Source: Catajapyx aquilonaris (taxonomy: Eukaryota). Taken from it: DNA of 49,275 nucleotides. The position numbers and the translations under genes were made by a program. This document shows, in pieces, positions 37,319 to 49,275 of this stretch. Below the pieces are notes generated by a model. That model did no database searches, was not told the DNA's origin, and saw nothing but the letters and a program-made list of their open reading frames with translations. Within the stretch, counting starts at the first letter, position 1. Each line of letters opens with the position of its first letter. The stretch covers positions 1 through 49,275 of the forward strand of contig KZ538763.1 in assembly GCA_000934665.2 (NCBI GenBank). The letters run 5' to 3'.

Positions 37319-37957
37319 CCTTAGGGAATGTGTATAACAAAGAGGATTCATTCCCTGATAGCTGAAAATGGCAAACATACTGTGATAATTTCAAAAAACG
37401 TCACATCTACACTGTAAACCGGAAACCATTAAACGAGCATCACTACTGAGTCTCCCGTAAGATAATTTCAAAGATGTTAAAAGCATTATCATGAGATGAA
37501 AGCTCTTTTTGTAACAGAAAGCTAATGTTCTAATTTTATTCATTTACCAAGAAACATCAAAAATAAAAATCACTGACGAATTCTGTAACAAGGATTCATT
37601 CATATGAAGAACACTTCCATACATTTCCTGATAAAATCCGCATATTAAAAATAGTAGATTCTCTGCTAAAATAAACTTTCTGGCAATTGAAACATACATT
37701 TAAACTTATGTGTCAAATAGGAACATGTAATATGACTTCTAATGTAACTGAATCAGACTCTTACTTCAAACAGGCACTAAAGTCGCAATAAATGCAATGG
37801 CTAAAATTGGGCTAATTCCAATTAAAGTGTTAGTGGCATCACTTACACAATCACAAGTACACTAGACTTGGTCTAGATCTGGTCCACTATTTAGTTTCTA
37901 GTAGTTATTTACCTCCCTCACTCCAGGAGTAAGTGATGCCTTTAACTTATCAACACT

Positions 37958-40900
37958 TTAATTGGCAAAAGTTTCTCCAAATGGAATCAATATTTCTTTG
38001 AACCTGGAGGCACGTAAACTCATTTCCTTCCAGTCGTCCACATTTGGATCATCCGGACACTCAGAAATCCACACATCTTTGTCAGCAACATTTTCTAGCA
38101 CAATTTTCCTCAAATTATCATTGGCGCTCAGACACCATATTGCCTGGACATCCCTGTGGCCAGAGAGTGTCCGAGTCAACTCCTGAGTTGGTCCAGACAA
38201 AACAGAGACTGTTCCAGATGGAATGTCTGAGTTTTCCGTAAACAAACGACCCAGCTCCAAGACAAGGTGTGGGTTCTGAGAAGGTGCAATGAGGACGACT
38301 GAATTTCCAGAGACTAGTGTCCAGGCCAGTGCGGAAACAATGGCCATTAAGCCACTGTCCACATCAGGACATATGATACCTATTATTCCCACAGGCTCGT
38401 CAAGCATGATTGCAGACAAACCAGGTCCGACCTGTTTATTCCGGCATCCAAAGTTATGCGTACCAGCTCGGAATAAGCACCGAACACACTTGTCCAACTT
38501 ATTGGCCCACTCATCCTGTGAGGTGGCGGAAAAGAGTGAGATCAAGTGGGAAGACTTGTTAGACATAGAGGTGGCCTGGTTGTACATTGCTTTAGATCGG
38601 ACTGCACCCGAGGACTGTGCCCAAGTGGACTTGGTGGCTCCTTCCACAGCGTTACGCACATCCTTTCTGAAATTGTCGTTTCAGTTGAATAACTCTCACT
38701 TGCATTGCCAGTAGTTACTCACCTGGATGCATGTGGCACAAGTGCTATCCTGTCACCTGATAAATTCCGGATTACCCTCCACAGTCCAGATTCAGCAAAC
38801 TTGGTCCCACCTCCGTAGATCATCGGAAATGAGGCCACGCTGCCACTTTGTCCTGGAACCAACACTTCTGGATTCTCCTCCCCCATAATCTCTGGTACAT
38901 ACGTCTGTACTTTTGACATGTAATCCAGAAGCAGGCGCTCCGGACATGATGTCTTGTGATTTATGTGGTGGTTGTTCAGCCACACATTATTTGTCTGGAA
39001 TATATGCAACGGTTCATTAGTTGTAGTGAGACTGTAAGTGCTTAGAAAACACAGCTTGTGGACAATCACATGCAACAAAACGTAGTGTCTCATGCCAAAT
39101 CCAAATGAGACAAGATTTTATGCTAACGATTACAATTTTTGGTAACCGACATATTTACAAAGTCTTTTAAAAAGTGTGCAATTTTCTGAAAATATACATG
39201 CAAAAAATAAATTAGGGAGTACCCAATCAGCTCAGTGATGCAAAATATTTCGCTGACCATTTTGCGCTTACTTTATTTTGGACTAGAGGAACAGTAAAAA
39301 AAATCTGTATCAAAATGTTGAGATGTCTTGAGAGGAGATTAACTACAATTGTCATGAGTATGATTATACCTTGAGAACTCCGGCTAATTCCATCCCAGGA
39401 CTGATATCTTCACTCCAAACGCTGATTCCACAATATCTTTTGCCCCCACTGTTGGCTAAATTGGCAGCTTCCTTGATTGTCCTAAACGGCAATACAACCA
39501 GCAACTGTCCTGTTTGGCACTGAGAGACTCGGCTGGCCGGTTGCGCCCCAATAATTAACGTTGGCGGAACAAAATCACCGCTCTCTCCGGAACACGCAGC
39601 CTGGACTACCTGCAAAATGATAATTTTAGTATTATGAATTAAATTGTGTAAATATGTAAAGCACACATGTATGGATCATGTACATGGCAGCAAGGAAACT
39701 GAACTAGGACCAGACTTGGGTCACTACTTGCAATAAACTACTGCACTACTGTGCGGAAAACAAAAGGACGATCTGACGTCATCATCACACAACAATATGA
39801 GTGAACAGTGTCAACAAAATGAACATATTGTTTACTCCTATTGTTGCATGAGAACGGAACAGAATGATGACGTCAGAGAGCCGTTTCGTTTTTTTTTCCG
39901 CAGCCACGAACCTTGACACCTTCTGATTCTGCTTCCTTCAGAATCTCCATAACATCGCGAGGATTGCAGCAGCCTGCAACGGACACATCTTGGTTCTTAT
40001 CTTTAAGCGGTCCCACTCTCAGCGAAGACACTTTGGCTTCCAGCCGACTGATGACTTTTCCTGATATGCTTTGCTGTACATAGATGTCCACTCCCATAGC
40101 CCCATGGCAGAGGGAGTCAACAAGGGTATCACAAGCCGAGTCGATATCTGCGGATTCCAGCACAACAGCAGCACTCTTGTACTTGCGCTCTGTTGGCAAA
40201 AAATAATAATTAAGGTACAATTACAGGAAATCTTTTATTGCGTCTACTTACCAATCACCACATTTCCAATTGCGGCCAGCTCAGCAGTGTACTGTGCTGA
40301 CCCGAAGACACTGATTTGGTTGGCTATTTGGAAGTTTGGTCTCTCTTGTGTCACAAGAACACTTATTACTCCAGAAGGAATCCTGATATGATCAATAAGT
40401 CACTCGTTAGCTACAGCAAAACAGTGCATGTGCTTTCAGTAGCATTGTTTCCTACACGGGACAGCTGAATTACAGACGCATACACTCACCCTGCCTCCTT
40501 ACACAGGTCGGCCAAAAGAAAGGATGAGAGACATGCCAATCTGGGCGGCACAATGACAATCCCATTTCCTGCCACCAAAGCCGCAACCAAACGATGCGCC
40601 AGGGAAAACACAGGTGAACTCTCTTCGCTGGACAAAACAACCACTCCGAGTGCCCTCCGCTTCCTCTCCCGGAATGACTCGCAAGTCTCCGCCCAAGACA
40701 CTCCCTCATACAAGGCAGCAACTAAGTCTGGCACATCCAAACGAGTCCTGTGGAAGGCACGGCCAGACTCCACACTTGCGGTGGACGCCAGAAGGGATGA
40801 ATGGCGCTCAACAGTGCGGGCCAACCTGTAACGACCTGCGTGAGCGAATGTGGTTACACTTCGGCTGACACGGTGACGAACCTGTGCATATGCCGTCCCA

Positions 40901-41312
40901 TGTCAAACGCGTTCAGCAGCCCCCACGCATTCTTAGAGGTGTCCCTAGCCAAGCAGACGGCCGTGTGGAAGTCCTCCGCCTTGGCCACGGCCACCTTCAC
41001 CAACTCATCTCCATCCGACCGCACCTGGAAGCTGGAGCAGCCCTTCGGATAATGCCACTTCCCATCGCAGAAGAATCCCAGCCTGTTGCTGTGGCTCGCA
41101 ATCCATTTCTGCAAATTTTCCAATTAAACATGTGCAATGCAAAGCTTATGTCTAGAGTCCCGGCACGTTCAAAATCTTATGTCTAGAGTCCCGGCACGTG
41201 CACAGTTGTGGGCGTCGCTGGCGTCTCTCACCTTGACGTCCCCGTCGCCTCCTTCTTCGGCCGATCCGTACTCCATGCTCTCGAATATGTCTCGGACTGA
41301 TCTATCGGACAT
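37958..41312 (-). CDS. ALDH16A1: Aldehyde dehydrogenase family 16 member A1-like; exons 41312-41232, 41108-40882, 40825-40490, 40382-40252, 40189-39912, 39609-39370, 38994-38723, 38666-37958
   Basis: All introns are GT-AG with compatible phases. N-terminus RDIFESMEYG..KWIASH..LGFFCDGKW, a second truncated ALDH module beginning RKDVRNAVEGA, and the C-terminus IPFGETFAN are characteristic of ALDH16. Confidence 0.92.
41145..41199. repeat. 31-bp-period tandem duplication in ALDH16A1 intron 1
   Basis: CTTATGTCTAGAGTCCCGGCACGT occurs at 41145 and 41176. Confidence 0.9.
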
Positions 41313-41379
41313 TTCTATGCCTACGTGGCTATCTGTGTGAAGGGCTGTGAAGAAGAGAGACTTTAAAAAAAATATTTTG

Positions 41380-41445
41380 TGATATCACGTGCGAGACACG
41401 TGCGCACTCCGCGCATGCTCACTAGATCGATATATAATTATCGCA
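41380..41445 (-). promoter_or_regulatory. Probable housekeeping-type promoter of ALDH16A1
   Basis: CpG-rich patch 70-130 bp upstream of the ATG with two CACGTG E-boxes (41386-41391, 41397-41402), a GCGCA/GCGCATG NRF1-like stretch and a DRE-like ATCGATA (41426-41432). Confidence 0.45.
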
Positions 41446-41869
41446 ATTACGCGGAATTCAAATCGGTCAATAACTGCACGCAGTTTTTAAGACTTCAACA
41501 GCTTACCATGAAATATTCAGCGTTTTTTTTCGCTATTTATGTTCCTCCACCAATCACCATTGTGCTCAGGAGTAAAATATATAGGTGACACACGGATTTC
41601 CCATTTTTATTTCATGTATCATACTGTAACTACAATAATTATATTCTTGGCATAAATTAACGTGTACGTGTAGGCAGATAAACCTAAGGAGAAGAATCAA
41701 AAGTTATTTCCCATTCAAAATATCCACACTTCAAACACCTGTCATTTGGCCAAAATGTGGCCAAAATCCTGTCTAACTGACTCTGAGAGAGGGGCATACA
41801 CCCTAGGCCCGCGGGGCCCCTCTACTCTGTACACAATAAATGAATATTCACCAATATTATTAACTTGAC

Positions 41870-44800
41870 ATAAATAAGTGGCTCTGCTTGTGAACTCTCA
41901 AACACCTTTGGGTTTGATATTTTTTCTGGCAATGGGGGCAATTAAATAGTTTCTCCTCGAGGTGGGTTTCCAAATGTTCTTTCATGTCGCTTTTCTGACA
42001 AAACCTTCTCTGGCAAACTGGACAGCTAAATGGCAGTTCTCCCCAGTGTGTGTTCTGATATGCATTTTCAAATTATGTGCGCATCGAGACCTTCTCTGGC
42101 ATATGGGACAACTGAAGGGTCTTTCTCCCGTATGCGTCTTCATATGCCTATTCAAATGTCCGGCTTGGACGAATTTTTTTTTTGCATACATTGCAACAAA
42201 ACGGCATATCACCTGTGTGCCTTTTCATGTGAGCTATCAAAGAATATGCACTTCTCAAATTTTTCTGGCACACTTGGCATGTATAGCATGCCTTCCTTTC
42301 TGCTTCTGTCTTCCGTTCACCATGCACATGTGAGTCATTCTTCTCACAACCGTCATAAGCTCTCTTCTGCCTTTCCTGAAAAGTTAACAGCAATATGCAC
42401 CATTTTATCTTGTAGAGTAGATGTTTACAAAATTATAAACTAGTGGGAAACACTACATTTTAAAAACATATAGCTGCAACGTGTGTGAATTGCATTCATG
42501 TTCGAACAATAACATCTGTCATGATTACACATAGGCCTAGTTGTTATAGAGCAGGTTACTTGAAACAAACCTGTTTCGGAATATTCGCATTTGGCCGTCT
42601 CACAGTGTGTGCCAAAAAGTCGTTCTCATTTGCTTTGGCCAGTTGGAGCACACGCCATTATTACAAAGCTGTTTTAAGAAAAGGTCCTTTTCTCCATCAT
42701 GATTTTACAGACATGATTTTACAGACATGATTTTACCTGAGACAGTTGGTCGGAGAAATGTTCCTTCAAGATATGCTCCTCAATTACTTCTCGGTCTGGA
42801 AATAGCTTCCCGCAATGATCACACATGAGGATCCTGTCCAGAGACATGTCTGGATCCTTCTGCTGCTAAAAACAATGAGTTTAATTATTCATACTGATCA
42901 TAAACAGCAGTGTCGCCCACACTATATTATATCCAAAAATAAGTTACACCGTAAGCATGGGGGTAAGTGGAACCCAAGGGCAAAATAATATCAAACTGAA
43001 AAGTGTGTCCTGGGTGCAATGTGCCGGGGAACAATGTAAACGACTGGTGCAGCCAAGTGCTGCTAGGGCAGTTCATCATTCGCGCTAATGTTATGTAGAT
43101 AATATCATTATTTGTTCAATAAAATTATTTGAAATGCTTTCTGTCATTTCCCCTTGGCACTGCATCATTTTTGGACAGTTATTTGGGTAGTTCAGGGCTG
43201 GGGTCCACTTACCTCACATTTCAGGGCAAGTGGGACCCAGAGTCACCTACCATCTCTATTCCTGATGCACTTGGAGTGGTGTCCTGCTTTGAGTTTGTTT
43301 TCCTGTAACTCCTCAGAAATCTTCTAATTCGAGCCTCCTCCTCTGCATTCAGGATTAATCTTTCAGTGGCACACTTAGCAATTGAATGGCTTTCCCCACT
43401 GTGTGTCCTCACCTGGGCTCTCGAATAATGATTTCCCCGACCAAATCTTTTAGGGCAAAATTTGTAGCTGTATGACTTCTCCCCAGTGTGTCTTCTAGCC
43501 TTCAAATCATAATCCGTATCAAACCTTTTATGACATGTTGGACAATTGAATGGTTTCTCTCCAGAATGAGTTTTCATGTTATTAATAATAATAATTTTTC
43601 TAGCATATGTTAATATCTTCTGGCACTTATTGCAATCAAGTGGCACATCCCCTCTGTGCAATAATTTCATGTGAGATTTCCAATTATATGCACTAATCAA
43701 ATGTTTATGGCACACCTGGCATGCATATGCCTCCCTTTCTTCTTCTATCTTCCTTCCACTTTGCAAGCGAATGATTTCATTTGCATCATGAGCTCTCCAT
43801 TGTTGTCCCTGTGAAATGAGTAGCAAAATAAATAATTGTCACCTAGTAGTACCGTATACCAACATTTGCCAATATTGAAATAGTGATGACTTATAGGCCT
43901 AAGGAAACATACTTTTTCCCCCCAAACAGTATTGTAGCACATCTAGTTTTTTTGATGTGATTTTACAGAACATCATTATTTTTACCTTGAGTTGTTCGGA
44001 AGATTGTTCCTTCAAGATATGCTCCCCACTTTCTTCTCTTTCCAGAAAGTGTTTCCAACAGTGCTCACAGAGGAGAATCCGCTGCAGCTCTATGTCGAGA
44101 TCTTTAGTCTGCTAAAAACACAATTGTAATTCACAATGATGATATTACCACAACTTGTGACTTTTTACAAAAGATTCATTCACAGCATGCAGTATGTAAT
44201 CTGACATAATTATGATATTAGCAAATATTCATAATCATGAGTGCAGGTTCGTTTTTTACTTGCTCATTGTTTGACTGTAGACACACAGCATCAATAATTC
44301 TACAAGTATAAACTTGGCACTCCATGTAACTAATCAAACACGTATAACTATTCAATAATAAGAAGTTCGTGCCAAAAATAATTATTTTTCGACATGTAAT
44401 TTCCCTTAGAACGCACTCTTTTATTAAGAAGCATTTTAAAAATAGTTCCTTTGATATGATTCCACAAATCAACTTTTTACCTTTAGTTGTTTGGAGACAT
44501 GTTCCCTCAGGATATGCTGCTCAATTTCTTCTCGAGTAGAAAGTAATTTCCCGCAGTAAGCACAGAGGAGGACATTGTGGAGGGACATGCCGAGATCCTT
44601 CTGCTGACAAAAAGACCGATTTCAATTAGTCAAGAAGATCATATCACCATATCTCGCCACTTTTTACAACAGATTTCACTCACAAGCATGCATATCTATT
44701 ACCATGGATTCATGAAACCTGTACTGGGAGAATCATTTTGATGAACAAATCACCGCAATAAATTTTAAAAAATGTTAAACAATGCCAAGAGAATATATTT

Positions 44801-45613
44801 TTGTGTTTCACGATGTACTGTAGGTGCATAACATAAAATTATGTTGACCAGCCACAGAGATTGTCCAATTTTACACGTGCAACTCTGCTCAAATTGGCAT
44901 TGTTGCAACTTGCAAGTGAGCCTTTAATTCGTTTTATTCCTGCGTGTTCGTGGAATTTAAGCTGAAATTAATTTCAGCCATGGCCATGGGCTTTACAATA
45001 ATTAAGCAAAGGTGGAAGTAGGCCTACGTGATGGGCATCACGTACTTCCACCTTTATGTTCCACCTTTATTAAAACTGTTATGTAGAGTGTAGACTCTAG
45101 AGTCTAGAGTCTACACTCTACATAACAGTTTTAATAATCAGGGGTTAAAATTGGCCATTTTACAATATTTGGTCTCCTCACCTGCCCTTGATTTCCTGCC
45201 ACATCCTCATCATCTGCCTTTTCCTTGATTCGACCCGTGACCTTGAACTGAGCACCACTGCTTTCCACTTCTTCATCCTCAACCTTGACCTCACTCTTTA
45301 ACACCGTTTCCCACTGTGGTGTTTCATTTAATATCTATATTCGCACAAAAAAATGAAAATAATGACAGAATTATTCGCTTGTATAGCGCGAAGGTCTCCT
45401 CACCTGTCCTCCACTCCCTGTACCATCCTCCTCCTCGTCCTGAGGCTCTTCCTTGATCCGATCTGTGACCTCCAGCTGACCATCACTGGTAAGGCCCTCC
45501 TCCCCATCCTGCAGCTCCCTCTTGACCTCACCCCCTTTGGAGTGTCCAATAAGTGTGCACCTTTTGTGAAACGCCATGCCGCAGTACGGGCAAGGGAAAG
45601 TCTCCAAGTCCAT
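41870..45613 (-). CDS. C2H2 zinc-finger gene with duplicated exons, partly degenerate; exons 45613-45404, 45334-45182, 44603-44481, 44111-43986, 43808-43221, 42865-42737, 42375-about 41870
   Basis: Phase-0 GT-AG exons; CxxC..HxxxH fingers with HTGE(K/R)PF linkers. The last finger array has frameshifts (poly-T 42174-42183, about 42040, about 41935), and the 43808 array has several broken fingers. Confidence 0.7.
45008..45055. repeat. Hairpin with a 6-bp insertion in one arm
   Basis: AAAGGTGGAAGTA[GGCCTA]CGTGATG-gg-CATCACGTACTTCCACCTTT. Confidence 0.85.
45067..45137. repeat. Perfect 71-bp palindrome
   Basis: 35-bp arms TTATTAAAACTGTTATGTAGAGTGTAGACTCTAGA and its exact reverse complement, separated by one G (45102). 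Confidence 0.95.
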
Positions 45614-45859
45614 CGTGTAAATCTTGAGATCAAATGCCACTAATCAGTCACTGGTATTCTAAAAAGCGTAGGGAAAATAAATGCTCGGTGCTATACACCG
45701 ACCATTCTCTATAATATGTACTGGGATAACCTTCAGAGCATTGACTGTGAGTAAACTGGACCTATTCCTGACCCAGTACATTAATTGGTTGCTATAGGCA
45801 CAGTCTGGCCAATCCACACAGCTCACCATGCTTGACTTTCAATGTGGATGAATAATAAG

Positions 45860-45929
45860 AGCGATTTCCCAAAACAAGTTCAGTCCCATATGTTGCAATA
45901 TTGGACTGAACTTGTTTTGGGAAATCGCT
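45860..45929. repeat. Inverted repeat, 27-bp perfect arms, 16-nt spacer (mini-MITE)
   Basis: AGCGATTTCCCAAAACAAGTTCAGTCC / GGACTGAACTTGTTTTGGGAAATCGCT. Confidence 0.9.
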
Positions 45930-48183
45930 ATTCTTTTTATTCTTAGTTTGCCAAACACACACCTCTTCAACCAAGTGTTCATAAAAATCACATGTTACAT
46001 TACCCTTTACCCTTATTCGCCTCAGAGTTATCCATTATTTTATCATTAAATTCTTCATTTCAGACAAAATGCCGGTGAATGCAGCACTGATGCTCATTCT
46101 CACTTTCACATATCTGCAAGTTCATATTTGTTTTGGATGGCATTCATTATTATTATTAGGTTTACTGTAACACATGTGAGGATGCAGAAGGATCATGCCA
46201 GCTTCCCACTATCCGACGATCCATTACATAATTATTAATATATTATAATTATCAATTCGATTGTACTTGTTACTGCTGATTTACCCGAAACATCAAATTA
46301 CTCACGCAAATCATTTATTGCAAAATCGAAAATCCCGCCGTCCAAAACACTGGCACATCAAAATAATGAAGAGATCGATAAATCAATTTTCAGTAATATT
46401 TTGAATATTGCATTGTATGGTGACGGCAGGTATTGTGACGTGGCTTAGCCTTATATGAATTGGACCACTTTTCCCTTTCATGTGCCTTATTTTTAGCTGG
46501 GCATTTTGCAGGGCTCTGATGGTCATATCATTTACATGATTCCCGCTACGTATTTTCCGTCAACAGAATTGTTCTTCCGACACAATAAGTGACTCTTAGG
46601 AGTACACACTGCTTTAATGACTTCACTTCCGAAATGAAAGGATCTTCACTAATCTCCAGTGAGTCAAACCAGACCTTCCCCTGAACTCTTCACAAGAAGT
46701 CTGTGCACATCACTCACTCCACCATCACGTATTTCTAGTATATTAGGCCTACCTGGTCCCCCTTTTGTCCTGTACCTTGCCTTCAACCGAGAGTCGCCTC
46801 CAGTCAGGTGTTTCCACTCTTCCTTCCTTCCTCGGACAGGAAGTCTCGTTTGACTGTCGGAGAAATATCGAACCAGGGTTGCGTTCGTGTGGCTGAATTG
46901 AAAGAGGGGATCCTGACATCTGGATGGATATCCGGAAACCTAGCGTAGCCTGCGATGAACACCGGAATCACCCGAAATAAATAAATAGGCCAAAATAAAT
47001 AAACAAATAAATAAATAAATAAATCACGAGAAATCTTTATCCTGTTCATAATAGCAATGTTACAGGTTAGGGTCGTTTTAGGGTTTTAAAAATTCTCGAT
47101 TTTACCATTTGCAAATTTTGAAATGAATGCGGAAACGGGTTGGTCCTGCTGTATATTTTCCGAACATTTTGCTAATAAGAAACAAGAAAAATGTAGTTCA
47201 AAAACATTGACAAAATTCATGGCAAAAAAAAAACAATGTCCTCAAATAAGGGACATTAGGATTCAACGGGATTCAATGGTTGCCACAAAAGCAGAACGGA
47301 TGACTGCTGAAAAGTAAAATGAGACTTAATGGTTCACTCTCTATCCTCCAAGCAAATCTTTTTTACATTCATTTGTGGAATTCGTGACAAAAAAAGAGTA
47401 ATTCCTCTCGAAAGACAATACTGATATGAAATTTTCTGTGCACTTTGAATTAAGAAATTTTAAAGTAATTTTACTTTAATTGAATCGGAATTTTTATCGT
47501 AGCACATTGTACTGAGTTGTAAATAAGCAATACTATAGGCCTGCATTTCAAGCAAGAAAGCCCACGGTATTGCATCACTAGGTGCAGAAGCAACCTTTAA
47601 AAAGTGCAGTACCAGAGAGAGACCTTGGACAAAATAATCACCTCTCACTGCTCTCAGACATTTTCGTAGGTCAATTGAGGAAATGAGCGTAGTTGTTGGA
47701 AATATATCTAAAACCGCCGCGCCGCCGCGCCGTTTAGCATAAATGAGATTTTGACTTTTGGACTTGTGCGCGTTTCATTCTGACCGACTCAATAATTGTA
47801 CCTGTCCTCCTTTCACTCATGCAGTCATGCCATTTGGCCCCTTTTCCAACAAAAAAGCTTATTGTCCGGAGCCAAGTACTGTTGGTTGTGACACATTTTC
47901 CCCATCTTATTTTTGGTATCCTTTATTATCGAGTATCAACTTGTACACAGACATTCCCATGCAAAAGCACCAACACTTGTTATCAATCCAATGACCCACA
48001 TTTTAAACATTGCTGACAAGTACAGAACTAAATATTTGGTTTATTATGAATATATGTATTGTACTGTACTAAGATTATTTTATGACACATATGTCCATTT
48101 TGAAAAAAAAGAAGGTTCCAGCGCTTATTATAGTCTACACCAGCAGGATTCTCGAGGGAATTGGAGAATGAATTGAATGCCTG

Positions 48184-48308
48184 CTGGCTGGTAACCCGTT
48201 ATTCCTATAATTATGGTAGAAGGGAAGGGGGCGGTAGGGGGAAAGGGGCGATAAGCGGGATGGGAATGGGACAAACCGACAAACTTTGCCTTTTATACAA
48301 GTTGAGGA
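48184..48308 (-). mobile_element. Possible short Helitron remnant
   Basis: Minus strand reads TC...TATAAAAGGCAAAGTTTGTCGGTTTGTCC, resembling arthropod Helitron 5' ends, and ends near ACGGGTTACCAGCCAG (decayed CGGGT...CTAG). Confidence 0.35.
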
Positions 48309-48685
48309 AATTTAACTCGCCGTCTCTTTAGGGTATGGTAGAAGGGATCTAGCCGATCGTTAATATAGGAATCCTGGGGGTACGAAGCATATAGTTACCA
48401 AGAAAATAAGCATTAAAATCATAAAAAGTGCATTATACCAGCTTGTATGTTTCGGATACAGCCTACGACACTTCCTTCGCCTAGGCAATTGCCTGCTACG
48501 CCTAATGGGATCGTATCTAAAAATGAAATGACATGATAACACCTAAAATTTAAATTAAAAATGCTCTTGCGCGTGGAGGGACGCATACCTGCCAGGATAT
48601 TTTTATACCTTGTGTTTGACACCTTTCAAAACCATTCGGACAATATTATTGGTGCTCACTCTACACATAGTTCCTTCGTATGTAC

Positions 48686-49030
48686 AGGTCTTCAATAAAT
48701 TCGCTCTGGGGACGGAAATGGGAGTTTTTACTGTAAGTTAACTGTGGGGACATCCTCCGATTTGTGGCGACATTTTCGGTCCCCACAGTTAAAACGCCTG
48801 ATTTGGTGCTGTGTTAGTGGGGACATGTCCCCACAATATTATTAGGGATCTTTAAATTCCATTTATCTCAGCCTAGGTTAATTTATTATGATAGGGTAGG
48901 TTAGGTAGGATAGGATATGTTATGTTAGGTTAGGTTAGGTTAGGTTAAGTTAGCATAATTTAGGTTAGGACAAGCTAGGTTTCAAAAGTTGAGTTGGCCA
49001 TGTCCCCACAGCTAATTCAGGACAAGACAG
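48686..49030. mobile_element. Non-autonomous element with GGGGAC/GTCCCC subterminal repeats and an internal TTAGG tract
   Basis: Imperfect terminal inverted repeats (gtcttcaataaattcgctctggggac / gtccccacagctaattcaggacaagac), several TGTGGGGACA motifs, palindrome GTGGGGACATGTCCCCAC (48817-48834), degenerate (TTAGG)n at about 48890-48980, and GT repeats on the right flank. Confidence 0.55.
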
Positions 49031-49275
49031 TGTGTGTGAATGGGTGCTATGTGGGTGGGTGGGAGAGGATGCCATGCAACATTTCATCTTCTTTGCCAAA
49101 AGAAACCTATGCTAGAAAAGTTGGCAAGAGAGGGCTATTTTCCAGTGTATTTCATGGCATTTATACAGTATATATATACATATATATAAAGCTCAAAATT
49201 TGTACGTATTAATAAATGTATGTATGTCACGCCTAATTAAGCCACTTCCCGGGCACGGAGAGCGCTCAAATTTCT

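Noticed and set aside
48890..48980. True telomere
   Set aside because: The tract is short, degenerate and followed by unique sequence.
1..49275. CRISPR arrays, tRNA/rRNA genes, prokaryotic operons
   Set aside because: None seen; spliced genes and repeat content show the sequence is eukaryotic.

Overview
Eukaryotic, most likely arthropod (TTAGG tract, divergent ionotropic receptors) genomic DNA with small assembly gaps. From left to right: (1) the 5' part of a KCNQ1-type potassium channel gene on the minus strand. Its exons (3416-3575, probably 13767-14045) sit in large introns littered with MITEs, foldback elements, a Helitron end and microsatellites; the ORF track misses the diagnostic exon. 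(2) A five-gene cluster of divergent ionotropic (iGluR-like chemosensory) receptors at about 20.8-36.2 kb. Two head-to-head 'A' paralogues, each with a separate signal-peptide exon, flank three tandem 'B' paralogues whose coding regions are intronless. (3) A decayed RAG1/Transib-like transposase fragment. (4) An 8-exon ALDH16A1 that appears to have lost its catalytic motifs. (5) A C2H2 zinc-finger gene built from internally duplicated exons. (6) A repeat element carrying a TTAGG tract. The receptor cluster is the most striking part. Every copy carries a lesion, yet long ORFs are kept. Both A genes are intact except for one shared in-frame TGA-C followed by a predicted stem-loop (candidate readthrough 'pseudo-pseudogenes'). 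Paralogues show near-identical GC-rich constant blocks alternating with diverged ligand-binding lobes. The inverted A blocks could flip the intervening segment and swap promoters. All five genes share a TTGAATAAT upstream motif. All analyses were done by eye; no database search was run.
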